Source: an uncultured Erysipelotrichaceae bacterium (GTDB lineage: Bacteria; Bacillota_I; Bacilli_A; RFN20; CAG-826). Taken from it: a stretch of 64,000 nucleotides of DNA. A program made the position numbers and the translations under genes. Each line of letters starts with the position of its first letter. Position 1 is the stretch's first letter. Below, piece after piece: positions 48,326 to 56,965 of the stretch. Location: contig CACYCS010000174.1 of the NCBI GenBank assembly GCA_902773005.1, positions 5,522 to 69,521 of the forward strand, read 5' to 3'. The notes under the pieces were generated by a model. The model had not been told where the DNA came from. It made no database searches and saw only the letters and a list, made by a program, of their open reading frames with translations.

Positions 48326-48420
48326 AACTGGTTCTCACGCGTAATTGTAACCCGTGCGCGTAAGGAAGCAAAGAGAAAACCGTTAAGAAATTAGTAGTTT
48401 TTTCGCACTTGGTTAAACCG

Positions 48421-48458
48421 CACAAGAAAACCGCGCCGAGGGAGAGAGATGCGCGGTT
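48421..48458 (-). terminator. rho-independent terminator between the ftsL-like gene and ftsA
   Basis: Minus sense: AACCGCGC-loop-GCGCGGUU followed by UUCUUGUG. Confidence 0.6.
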
Positions 48459-48481
48459 TGTAGAATAGCCGGACGCTATTT

Positions 48482-48709
48482 CTAGTCTTGGTAGGAGGAG
48501 AGCTCCGAGACGATCGGGCCCTCCGCAGCGGGCTTTTCCGCATGGCTTGCTTCCGCCTTGGCGGCGTTAGCCATTGCGATCGAATAGGTGATGGCGATCG
48601 GGGTCGCGGAGATCCCGGCCAAAGCGACGAGGGAGAAGAGGCCGATCAGAAAGAAGCGCATCCGGTAATAGAGCTTCTTGTGCCCGGTGTGCAGCAATTT
48701 GTCTTTCAT
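48482..48709 (-). CDS. 75-aa bitopic membrane protein in the ftsL position
   Basis: MKDKLLHTGHKKLYYRMRFFLIGLFSLVALAGISATPIAITY... has a strong Shine-Dalgarno (AAAGGAGGCGGAGAAC-ATG). It lies immediately downstream of rsmH, where ftsL sits in dcw clusters. The assignment is positional only. Confidence 0.6.
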   Translation of the reverse strand: MKDKLLHTGHKKLYYRMRFFLIGLFSLVALAGISATPIAITYSIAMANAAKAEASHAEKPAAEGPIVSELSSYQD

Positions 48710-48730
48710 GTTCTCCGCCTCCTTTCTTCG

Positions 48731-49669
48731 CTATGTCTTTTTGCGGATCGCCCTGAGCTTTGCGCTCGCGGCGCGACGGTTATTCTCAAGTTCGGCAGCG
48801 CTCGGAAGTATCGGCTTGCGCGTCAGCTTCTCAAACGGAGCGTCCCCCACTTCGCTAGGAAGCATGGGGATGTCGTCGCGGCTTCCCTCCACCGTCGTGA
48901 GGGAGGCGAACTTCCTTTTCACGATCCTGTCGTCCAGCGACATGAACGTGATGATCGCAATCCTTCCGCCTGGGGCGAGCATCTCGGGGAAAGCTTCTAG
49001 CATCTCCTCTAGGGATTGCTTTTCGCGGTTCACCTCGATGCGGATCGCCTGGAAGGTTTGCTTGGCCGGATGGCCTTTTTGGCGCAGGGCTTTAGGCGAT
49101 TTCGCCGCCTTGATGCATTCGACGAGCTCGAAGGTCGTGCGAATGGGCGCCTGCTCGCGGTGCCTCACGATCATCTTGGCGATCTGGTAGGCATCGCGGT
49201 CCTCGCCATAGTCAGCGATGACCTTGGCGAGTTTCTCGAGGGGGTAGGTGTTGACCACTTCTTCCGCGGTTAGGCTTGCGGAGCGGTCCATGCGCATGTC
49301 TAGGCGCGCATCCACCCGATAGGAGAATCCCCTCTCGGGATCGTCGAATTGGGGACTTGAGACCCCCAAGTCGGCGAGGATTCCATCGACTTGGCTCACG
49401 CCGCGGGCTTTCAGCTCCTCGGCGAAATGGGCGAAGTTCGAATGGACGATCTCGAAATTCCCTAGGCCCTGGAGGTTCTGCCCTCCTTCTTTGACCGCTT
49501 GATCGTCTTGGTCGAAGCAGAATAGCTTTCCGCTTCCGCCAAGTTTCTCAAGGATCGCCCTGGAATGCCCTCCCCTGCCTAAGGTCAGGTCGACGTAGGT
49601 TCCGCCCGGCTTGATGCCAAGCGCCTCGATCGACTCATGGAGGAGGACGGGGATGTGGACGTAGCTCAT
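48731..49669 (-). CDS. rsmH: 16S rRNA (cytosine1402-N4)-methyltransferase RsmH
   Basis: 312 aa. MSYVHIPVLLHESIEAL...YVDLTLGRGGHS is typical of MraW/RsmH. Confidence 0.95.
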   Translation of the reverse strand: MSYVHIPVLLHESIEALGIKPGGTYVDLTLGRGGHSRAILEKLGGSGKLFCFDQDDQAVKEGGQNLQGLGNFEIVHSNFAHFAEELKARGVSQVDGILADLGVSSPQFDDPERGFSYRVDARLDMRMDRSASLTAEEVVNTYPLEKLAKVIADYGEDRDAYQIAKMIVRHREQAPIRTTFELVECIKAAKSPKALRQKGHPAKQTFQAIRIEVNREKQSLEEMLEAFPEMLAPGGRIAIITFMSLDDRIVKRKFASLTTVEGSRDDIPMLPSEVGDAPFEKLTRKPILPSAAELENNRRAASAKLRAIRKKT

Positions 49670-50094
49670 GCTCCGGCCCTTTCGGCTAACGCCTCATAGG
49701 AATCGAGGGACTTCTCATAGGCTTCATAAGTCGCGGGGTCCCAGATCTCGAAGCGATCGAGAGAGCCGAGGATGAGCACCGAAGCGTCGATGGAGTACTT
49801 CCTTAAGAGCTCAACCGTGAGGCTGATGCGCCCATGGGAGTCCACCTTGAGCTTTTTCGCCGAGCGCAGCGTCTCCCTGATGAAGGCGCGGTCGGCGGCT
49901 TTGGCGTAATCCATAGTGGAAAGGCGTTCGGTAAGGCCGATGAATCTGTCTTCCGGGAAGACGGAGATGCATCCGTCCAATCCCTTCATGACGTAAAGCG
50001 TGTCGCCATCCTCGCAATCGAAGTCAGACGGCAGCTGAAGGCGGCCTTTGGAATCGAGGGATCGATTGTATGTTCCGTAAAATACCTTTCCCAC
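49666..50094 (-). CDS. mraZ: transcriptional regulator MraZ
   Basis: Track ORF 49666..50115 starts at TTG. I prefer GTG at 50094, which has AAGGTGG 6 nt upstream. It has two MraZ repeats, LDSKGRLQLP and VDSHGRISL. Confidence 0.88.
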   Translation of the reverse strand: MGKVFYGTYNRSLDSKGRLQLPSDFDCEDGDTLYVMKGLDGCISVFPEDRFIGLTERLSTMDYAKAADRAFIRETLRSAKKLKVDSHGRISLTVELLRKYSIDASVLILGSLDRFEIWDPATYEAYEKSLDSYEALAERAGA

Positions 50095-50189
50095 TTTTGC
50101 CCACCTTGTACACAAATCTTAGCATTCAAAACAATTCTATACAATAGAAAATGCGAGAAATTTCGAATCTTTTTTAGGTGGGAAAGAAA

Positions 50190-50226
50190 TGTAAAAAACC
50201 AGTCGCCCCGGCGGGAACGGCTGGTT
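50190..50226 (-). terminator. rho-independent terminator after the SPFH gene
   Basis: Minus sense: AACCAGCCG-loop-CGACUGGUU followed by UUUUAC. Confidence 0.65.
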
Positions 50227-50249
50227 GAATTTGTCGAATTCGTCGACGA

Positions 50250-51212
50250 TTACTTCTTTTCGGGTGCCTCTTCGGGCTTCCGGATCGATTCGGCGATCGC
50301 GCTAGCGGCGCCAGCGAGGGGCTGAAGGTCATTCGGAAGGAAGATCTTGGTGGCCTTGCCATCGGCGACTTGGGCGAGGGCTTCGTAACCGCGGATGCGG
50401 AGCACCGCTTCGTCGGCCCCAGCTTCGCGGATGGCCTTGATGCCGTCCGCCTCAGCCTGACGGACCATGCGGATACCTTCCGCTTCGGCTTCGCGCATCG
50501 CTTTGACGCGGGTCGCTTCGCCTTCTGCGCGACGGATGGTGGCTTCCTTTTCGGCGTCGGCGTTGAGGATCATCGACTCTTTGTTGCCCTCGGCGATGAG
50601 GATGGCGGATTGCTTCTGGCCTTCCGCGAGAAGGATCTTTTCCCTCTTTTCGCGTTCGGCGCGCATCTGGCGTTCCATCGCTTCCTGGATGTCGCGGGGC
50701 GGGAGGATGTTCTTGACTTCGACGCGGGTCACCTTGATTCCCCAAGGATCGGTGGCGGCGTCTAAGATCTTGCGCATCTTCTCGTTGATGATGTCCCTCG
50801 AGGTGAGGGTGGAGTCGAGATCGAGCTCGCCGATGATGTTCCTCAAAGTGGTCGAGGAGAGGAATTCGATCGCCTGAACCGGATTCTCGACGCCGTAGGC
50901 ATAGAGTTTCGGGTCGGTGACGGAATAGAAGACGACGGTGTCGATCTGGATGGTGACGTTATCGGATGTGATGACGTTCTGCGGCGGGAAGTCCCTGACC
51001 TGCTCGCGCATGTCGATGCGGTGCGCCAAGCGGTCGAAGAAGGGAATCATCATGTGCATGCCGGTGTCCCAAGTGGTTTTATAGGATCCTAGATGCTCAA
51101 TGATGCCTTTCTCGGTCTGCCCGATGACTTTGACGTTGGTCAAGATGACGATGATGACGATCGCGAGGATCGATAGCCCCACGACGAGTAATGCAATTCC
51201 CCAAGGTTCCAT
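50250..51212 (-). CDS. SPFH/band 7 (stomatin-like) membrane protein
   Basis: 320 aa with an N-terminal TM helix, an SPFH core (GQTEKGIIEHLGSY...VITSDNVTIQIDTVVFY) and an Ala/Glu-rich coiled coil. Confidence 0.9.
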   Translation of the reverse strand: MEPWGIALLVVGLSILAIVIIVILTNVKVIGQTEKGIIEHLGSYKTTWDTGMHMMIPFFDRLAHRIDMREQVRDFPPQNVITSDNVTIQIDTVVFYSVTDPKLYAYGVENPVQAIEFLSSTTLRNIIGELDLDSTLTSRDIINEKMRKILDAATDPWGIKVTRVEVKNILPPRDIQEAMERQMRAEREKREKILLAEGQKQSAILIAEGNKESMILNADAEKEATIRRAEGEATRVKAMREAEAEGIRMVRQAEADGIKAIREAGADEAVLRIRGYEALAQVADGKATKIFLPNDLQPLAGAASAIAESIRKPEEAPEKK

Positions 51213-51251
51213 TGTTGTTCTCCTTTAATTTGGTTTCTTTTGATGCGCGAA

Positions 51252-51713
51252 TCACGCTTTGTCGGATTTGCCGCGGACTTTGTTGATCAATAGCTTATTG
51301 CCCTCGATCGCGGCGACGGAGGCAACCTCCCCTTCTTGGAAGACGTCCTCGTCATTCGCTGGCATGGCGGTCCAGGTCACTCCGTTGATGGTGATCTCTC
51401 CGGCGGCAAGCGAATCGCATCCGGTAAGGATGATACCACGTTTCCCGATCATTCCATCGACATTCGACTTCACGACCTTCTTCTTCATGTATTTGGCGAT
51501 GAACGGTCGAAGGGCCACGAATAGCACTGCCGACACGCCCACGAAGATGATGATCTCAACCCAGAACGGGGTGAAGTCAGGGATGAGCGAGAAGACGAGC
51601 GCGACGAGCGCCCCCGCCACAAACCATATCGATACGACTGCCGCGGTCACCGCTTCGGCGATGAAGCAGACCACCGCGAGGACGAGCCATACGAGCCACA
51701 TCCACTGTTCCAT
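51252..51713 (-). CDS. NfeD family membrane protein
   Basis: 153 aa with three TM helices and a C-terminal OB-fold beta domain (GKRGIILTGCDSLAAGEITINGVTWTA). It is the classical partner upstream of an SPFH gene. Confidence 0.85.
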   Translation of the reverse strand: MEQWMWLVWLVLAVVCFIAEAVTAAVVSIWFVAGALVALVFSLIPDFTPFWVEIIIFVGVSAVLFVALRPFIAKYMKKKVVKSNVDGMIGKRGIILTGCDSLAAGEITINGVTWTAMPANDEDVFQEGEVASVAAIEGNKLLINKVRGKSDKA

Positions 51714-51715
51714 AA

Positions 51716-52090
51716 TCAGATAGCCTCCTGCTTTACTGCGCCAACGATTCTAAGGAAACCGTTGTCCTCATCCCAGCGTGCGACGAAGCGCGTCGGCTGG
51801 GATGTGAGCTGGACGCCAAGCGCATCCGAGACCATCGACATGAGCGAGGTCGAGGAGATCCTGGCATAGCTCTTGTGGCTCACGATCGGATAGAGGGTGG
51901 CGGAATCAAATGTTCCTCTATCAACCAAAGCCTTCTCTAGCGGGCGCAGCACTAGATCGCGCCCATCCACGCCTACCATGACGCGGTAAGCGTTCTCGAA
52001 CGGAATCGCGGCCGTCGAATTCAACGTGAGATTCGTCGAATACAGCGATGCCGATCCGTCCCTTTCTTTTTCGTTAAACCATCGAATCAT
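51716..52090 (-). CDS. hypothetical soluble protein, first gene of the NfeD-SPFH operon
   Basis: 124 aa. MIRWFNEKERDGSASLYSTNLTLNSTAAIPFENAYRVMVGVDGRDLVLRPLEK... belongs to no family I recognise. There is a 2-nt gap to nfeD. Confidence 0.6.
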   Translation of the reverse strand: MIRWFNEKERDGSASLYSTNLTLNSTAAIPFENAYRVMVGVDGRDLVLRPLEKALVDRGTFDSATLYPIVSHKSYARISSTSLMSMVSDALGVQLTSQPTRFVARWDEDNGFLRIVGAVKQEAI

Positions 52091-52132
52091 TCAGTGACCT
52101 CCCGCCAATATATTCGCACAACCCCTGCTGTT

Positions 52133-52189
52133 ATTCAAGAAAATTCAAAACTTTTCAAGGAATTTCGAAAAACCATTCAAGAAAATTCA
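52133..52189. repeat. phased direct repeats ATTCAAGAAAATTCA x2 plus a degenerate middle copy
   Basis: 52133-52147 and 52175-52189 are identical 15-mers. TTCAAGGAATTTCGA at 52154-52168 is a degenerate third copy. The spacing is about 20-22 nt, and the repeats lie 45-100 nt upstream of the 51716..52090 CDS. Confidence 0.8.
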
Positions 52190-52206
52190 TATATTAGTGG
52201 AAAACC

Positions 52207-52258
52207 GAAGAAAAAATGTGGCGGTATCAGAAGTCGATTCCGCCACATATCAATTTTT
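52207..52258. terminator. bidirectional-looking terminator hairpin after the yceD-like gene
   Basis: ATGTGGCGG-15 nt-CCGCCACAT is flanked by an A tract on one side and a T tract on the other. Confidence 0.65.
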
Positions 52259-52336
52259 GCTTCAAAACCTTGATTTTGGTTTTGTTAGACTGGTTCTTTA
52301 GTTTTTAAAGTTTTTCAAAAGAAACCTAGTATTTTA

Positions 52337-52819
52337 TTAGTAGTTTTTCAGTGCTTCTTCGAAGGGATGATTTCCTTCAGATGGTTCTTCCGCTTCGTCC
52401 GAAGAATAGACGACATACCCTTCCCCGCCTTCAGGCAGCTTTGAGCCTTCTTTATGAGGCGCGATGGGCACTTGCGAGCGGAGAATCGAGAAGACCAAAT
52501 CGTCTAACTCAATCGTCTTCCCCTCGAAGATATAGCCGTCTCCTTCTTGGTCTGGATTGTCCAGAAGGTCGTAGATATCCTCTACTTCGACCGGCTGTTC
52601 AAAAGCCTCGCACGTGCGCGCGTCCGATAGTATAAGGATCGCAGACACATAGAGGTTCGCTGTAAGGAAGTCATCGTTCCTTTCCACCAAGCCTTCCACA
52701 TGGGCGTTTTTGATGCCTAGAAGAGGATAGGCGGGTGCGAAATCGCGGCCCGAGAAATCGATCTCCTCATTGAGTTCAAGAGGGCGAGCCTCCATCACTG
52801 AATTCTTGTGGATCTTCAC
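52337..52819 (-). CDS. YceD/DUF177 family ribosome-associated protein
   Basis: 160 aa. It is acidic and has the layout typical of DUF177 (NAHVEGLVERNDDFLTANLYVSAILILSDARTCEAF). It overlaps the pheT stop by 4 nt. The family call is by resemblance. Confidence 0.65.
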   Translation of the reverse strand: MKIHKNSVMEARPLELNEEIDFSGRDFAPAYPLLGIKNAHVEGLVERNDDFLTANLYVSAILILSDARTCEAFEQPVEVEDIYDLLDNPDQEGDGYIFEGKTIELDDLVFSILRSQVPIAPHKEGSKLPEGGEGYVVYSSDEAEEPSEGNHPFEEALKNY

Positions 52820-55206
52820 GAACGGACCTCCGCTCCGAATTTGGAAGCCAAAGTGGAAACTACCTTCTTCGTCGCATCGGCAACTTCCTCTTCGCGGAGG
52901 GTCCTATCTTCCGCCAAGAAGGTGAGGGTCAAGGCCATCGATTTCTTCCCGGAAACGATGTTTGATCCCTGATAGAGGTCAAAGATCTCAATGCCTTTTA
53001 GAAGCGAGGAGGTCTTCTGAAGTTCTCTCTTGATCGAGGCATAGCTCACCGAGGAATCGACGAGGAACGCCAGGTCGCGGGAAACAGAGGGGAACCTAGG
53101 CGGGATAGAGGCTTTGGGCATGCTGGTCTTCTGCTCGAGAAGGAATGAGAAATCAAGCTCAGCCACCACCGCATTCTTTAAATCGCGGCGCTTCAATTCA
53201 AGCGGATGCAATTCGCCGATATATCCGATCAGGCGCTTGCCCATTCTGATTTCGGCGGAACGGCCAGGATGGAGTTCCTCTCCGCCTAAAGACCACGGGG
53301 CGATCTGGAAGCGATTCTCGCCTAGCCCTAGCATCGCAAGGACGCCATAGATCAGGCCTTTCGCGTCAAAGAAGCTATACGGAGCAACCGAAAGGCTGCC
53401 CTGCATATGCTTGGATCCGCTTAAGACGATGCAGAGGTTCTTGCCGACGCGGCCATGGCTATCGACGTCGCTTACTTCGAACAGGGCGACGTCTTTATTC
53501 TGGCGCGCGGCGTTATAGGTCGCGCATTGGAGCAAGGAATCGGCCAATCCTTTGCGCACCGCTTCCCTTTCCACCGTCATCGGATTCTGAAGGACGTATG
53601 GTTCGCTTTCATCGAGGAAAGCGAATGCACGGGTCGCCTCTTTGCTCGTGAGGGTGTAGGTCAAAGCCTCGTTCACCCCATTCGCCAGGAGGTAATTTCT
53701 GACGGAGCGGGTCTTCTGCTGGGCAAGCGTAAGGCCCGTCAAAGCAAGCTCGCTATAGGGAAGGATGGATTTGACGTTATCGTATCCGAGGATGCGAATC
53801 ACCTCTTCCGAGATGTCGGCTTCGCCATCCATGTCGATGCGGTAAGAGGGGATTTCGAATTCGTATTCCCCGTCTTCCGCGCTCAATAGTTTCAGATTGT
53901 CCCTTTTTAGGACTTCTAGCACCTCCTCTTCGGAGAAAGAAGTCCCGAGGCGGGAGTTGATGTAACTAAGCGAGGTCATGATGCGCTTCGGCTCATGGGC
54001 CAAGCTATCGTAGACGCTAGTGGAAGAGATCTTCTCCGCGCCACAGATTTCCTTAAGCAAGGCGCTTGCCATGATGAGCACTTCTTCCGCTTGGTTCGGG
54101 TTAATGCCTTTGCAGAAGCGCATGCTGGAATCGCTAGCCAAGCCGATGCGATTGCTGGTCCTACGGATTTCCGCGTAGCCGAAATTCGCCGCCTCGATCG
54201 CGATATTCTTGGTATTCTCGTCGACGCGGCAGGCATCGGCGGTCATGATGCCAGCAAGGCACATGGGCCTACCGGAACTAGTGACGACGAGGTCGCCCTT
54301 CTCGAGTTTATAGGAATTGCCGTCCATCGCGAGGAATTCCTCCTCGAGGTCATCGCGAACGATGAGACTATGGGACGGGAGCTTATCGAGGTCATACATG
54401 TTGAGGGGCTGTCCAGTCGCAAGCATCACGTAGTTGCCGATATCGACGACCGCGTTGATGGAACGGATGCCGCTTGCCTCAAGGGCGCGCTTCATCCATA
54501 GCGGAGAGGGCGCGTTTTTGACGTCATGGGCGATGCGAATCGAGAAGGCCGGGCACTTAGGCGCCGTCGAGCCGACTTCGAATTCGGGCTTATAGGAGGC
54601 GTAATCCTTTTGCTCGGGGATCTTGACTTCGCGCGAAAGAAGGCACGCAGCCTCGCGGGAGATGTTGTAGACGGCGTAGAGGTCAGGGCGATTCGGAAGG
54701 AGGTCCAAATCGATGATGGTGTCGCCTAGTCCTAGATAATCGAGGACGTTTTCTTCGCCGACCGGCGCATCTTCTGGGAGTTCTTCGATGCCGGCGAGCT
54801 GATATTCGGTTAGGAATTTGCGGTCGACGCCTAATTCAAGCAAGCTGCAGCACATGCCATTGCTCTCGACGCCGCGGATGACGCTAGGCTTGATTTCGAC
54901 TTCGGGAAGTTTGGCGCCGGACCTAGCGACGATGACCTTGAGGCCTTTGCGCGCATTCGGCGCGCCGCAGACGATCTGAACGACGCCATATTTCTCGCCC
55001 TCATCGACTTTTAGGACGTGGAGATGGTCGGAATCGGGATGGGGCTCGCATTCGAGGATTTGCCCGATCACGAGGTTCGTGCCGCTGGCGAGGCGGTCAA
55101 CGCCTTCGACTTCGGCGCCCGCGAAGGTGAATTTGTTCGCGAGCTCCTCTGGGGTGACCCCGTCGAGATCGACGAGGTGGGATAGCCATTGATAGGATAC
55201 TTTCAT
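52816..55206 (-). CDS. pheT: phenylalanine--tRNA ligase beta subunit
   Basis: 796 aa. MKVSYQWLSHLVDL..., an N-terminal tRNA-binding domain, and B3/4, B5 and FDX-ACB regions. Confidence 0.95.
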   Translation of the reverse strand: MKVSYQWLSHLVDLDGVTPEELANKFTFAGAEVEGVDRLASGTNLVIGQILECEPHPDSDHLHVLKVDEGEKYGVVQIVCGAPNARKGLKVIVARSGAKLPEVEIKPSVIRGVESNGMCCSLLELGVDRKFLTEYQLAGIEELPEDAPVGEENVLDYLGLGDTIIDLDLLPNRPDLYAVYNISREAACLLSREVKIPEQKDYASYKPEFEVGSTAPKCPAFSIRIAHDVKNAPSPLWMKRALEASGIRSINAVVDIGNYVMLATGQPLNMYDLDKLPSHSLIVRDDLEEEFLAMDGNSYKLEKGDLVVTSSGRPMCLAGIMTADACRVDENTKNIAIEAANFGYAEIRRTSNRIGLASDSSMRFCKGINPNQAEEVLIMASALLKEICGAEKISSTSVYDSLAHEPKRIMTSLSYINSRLGTSFSEEEVLEVLKRDNLKLLSAEDGEYEFEIPSYRIDMDGEADISEEVIRILGYDNVKSILPYSELALTGLTLAQQKTRSVRNYLLANGVNEALTYTLTSKEATRAFAFLDESEPYVLQNPMTVEREAVRKGLADSLLQCATYNAARQNKDVALFEVSDVDSHGRVGKNLCIVLSGSKHMQGSLSVAPYSFFDAKGLIYGVLAMLGLGENRFQIAPWSLGGEELHPGRSAEIRMGKRLIGYIGELHPLELKRRDLKNAVVAELDFSFLLEQKTSMPKASIPPRFPSVSRDLAFLVDSSVSYASIKRELQKTSSLLKGIEIFDLYQGSNIVSGKKSMALTLTFLAEDRTLREEEVADATKKVVSTLASKFGAEVRS

Positions 55207-55216
55207 TGTCTAGACC

Positions 55217-56257
55217 TCACTTAAGCGGATAATCCTTCAGGAAGCGGATATCGTTCTGGTAGAAACGGCGGATGTCGTCGATGCCATAGCGGAGCATCGC
55301 GACGCGTTCGACGCCGACGCCAAAGGCGAATCCCGACCACTCCTTGGGGTCGTATCCGCACATCTCGAGCACCTTGGGGTTGACCATGCCAGCCCCGAGG
55401 ATCTCAATCCAGCCGGTGCCTTTGCAAATCGAGCAGCCCTTGCCTTGGCAGGCAAAGCAAGAGACATCGACCTCAACGGAAGGCTCGGTGAACGGGAAAT
55501 AGGATGAGCGGAGGCGGATTTCGCGCTTCTCGCCGAACATTTTCTTCACGAAGAGCTCAAGGGTCGCCTTGAGGTTTGCGATGGAGATATTGTGGTCCAC
55601 AACCAGACCTTCGATCTGGGCGAACTGGTGGGAATGGGTGTTGTCGTCATCGTCGCGACGATAGGCTTTGCCAGGACAAATCATGCGGATCGGGGTCTTG
55701 ACTTCGTTCTCGAGCATCTTATGGGCCTGGGCTGCGGAAGTCTGGGTCCTAAGGAGCAAGTCGTCGATCAGGTAGAAGGTGTCCTGCATGTCGCGGGAGG
55801 GATGGTCCTTCGGGACGTTCAGCAATTCGAAATTGAAGCGATCGGTCTCGACGTCGCGGCCTTCCGCGACTTCATATCCCATCTGCAGGAAGATGTCGGT
55901 CACCTCATCGATGATGCCGTAATAGGGATTCTTGAATCCGGGGCTAAGCGTGGCACCAGGAAGAGTGATGTCGATCTTCTCCTCGGCGAGTTTCTTCTCT
56001 AGTTTAGCCTTCTCGATCTCCGCTTTCTTGCGTTCGAAAAGCTCGTTGACGGATGTCCTGACGTCGTTGACGGCTTTTCCGAATGTGGCGCGTAGCTCGG
56101 CTGGGACGGCCTTCATGTTGCCCATAAGGGTCGGAATCTCGCCCTTCTTGGCCAAAAACTTGGCAAAGAACGCGTCTAGCTCGACGGCGGTGTGGAGCTT
56201 CTCAAGCTCCTGTTTGGCTCTTTGGCCAACTTCTTTCGTGTTTTCGATCAGGTCCAT
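55217..56257 (-). CDS. pheS: phenylalanine--tRNA ligase alpha subunit
   Basis: 346 aa with class II motifs (HPSRDMQDTFY, FRRDDDDNTHSHQFAQIEG, GAGMVNP). Confidence 0.95.
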   Translation of the reverse strand: MDLIENTKEVGQRAKQELEKLHTAVELDAFFAKFLAKKGEIPTLMGNMKAVPAELRATFGKAVNDVRTSVNELFERKKAEIEKAKLEKKLAEEKIDITLPGATLSPGFKNPYYGIIDEVTDIFLQMGYEVAEGRDVETDRFNFELLNVPKDHPSRDMQDTFYLIDDLLLRTQTSAAQAHKMLENEVKTPIRMICPGKAYRRDDDDNTHSHQFAQIEGLVVDHNISIANLKATLELFVKKMFGEKREIRLRSSYFPFTEPSVEVDVSCFACQGKGCSICKGTGWIEILGAGMVNPKVLEMCGYDPKEWSGFAFGVGVERVAMLRYGIDDIRRFYQNDIRFLKDYPLK

Positions 56258-56261
56258 CTTC

Positions 56262-56497
56262 GACCCTCCATAAAATAAAAAGGCGCCTCAGGGAACGACC
56301 TTTCGGGCCGCGGTGCCATCCCGGTTCAGGCATTGGTTTATAGCCATGCCTGCACTTTTTCCCGATAACGCTGGGCGCGGCTAAGTTTCCTTAGCGTCCT
56401 CCAAGGCGAATTCGCGGGCATGCTTCCTCGGATGGTCTCACTGTTCATCCGTCCCTCATTGAAATAGAGGCCCGTTACTGCTCCTCTTCGCTGGACG
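56262..56497 (-). promoter_or_regulatory. T-box leader (pheST)
   Basis: Minus sense: a TAGAAT -10 box near 56503-56508, stem I AGAGGAGCAGUAACGGG, a UUC triplet in GCGAAUUCGCC (candidate specifier), the variant T-box core GGGAUGGCACCGCGG (plus 56308-56321), and a U tract before the RBS. Confidence 0.7.
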
Positions 56498-56965
56498 GCT
56501 CTATTCTATAGCCTTTTCTTTCTTAAAGAAAGAGGACATGGATTTTCCGGTGAGGAAAAATGCCGCCCGAAAAGGCCTTGACGCCATTTTCGTGCGAACG
56601 AATTTCAGTTGTCGCTATGAAATTTGGCGCTGGAACGCCAAAATGAGGTGAGCCCTTATATTGCGATCACGGTCCACGAAAACGTGCTGCGACCAGGATG
56701 GGATGCCACGCGATCGTCCGGTGCACTAGTGTACTATCGGCCTTAGACTCCAAGGCAAAAACAAAATTCGCCTTTAAATCTTGTTTGTACAATATAGGCA
56801 AACAAGTTAAAAAACGTTTCAAAAGACCAGGTCCGGTATCCACCATTTCAATGATTTCAGATGCTATTGAGCTTGCGCTTATACGTGTGCACTATAATGC
56901 GCGAATATGCCCAAATGTCAGCCGTTGCACAATATAGGCGTCGCCTAATCGAAGCATCGTAAAAG

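Noticed and set aside
56698-56937. 79-aa plus ORF in the trmH-pheS spacer
   Set aside because: It has no RBS and lies on the opposite strand to all neighbours. It is Cys/Arg/Lys-rich with no recognisable features. I kept the region only as an unexplained spacer.
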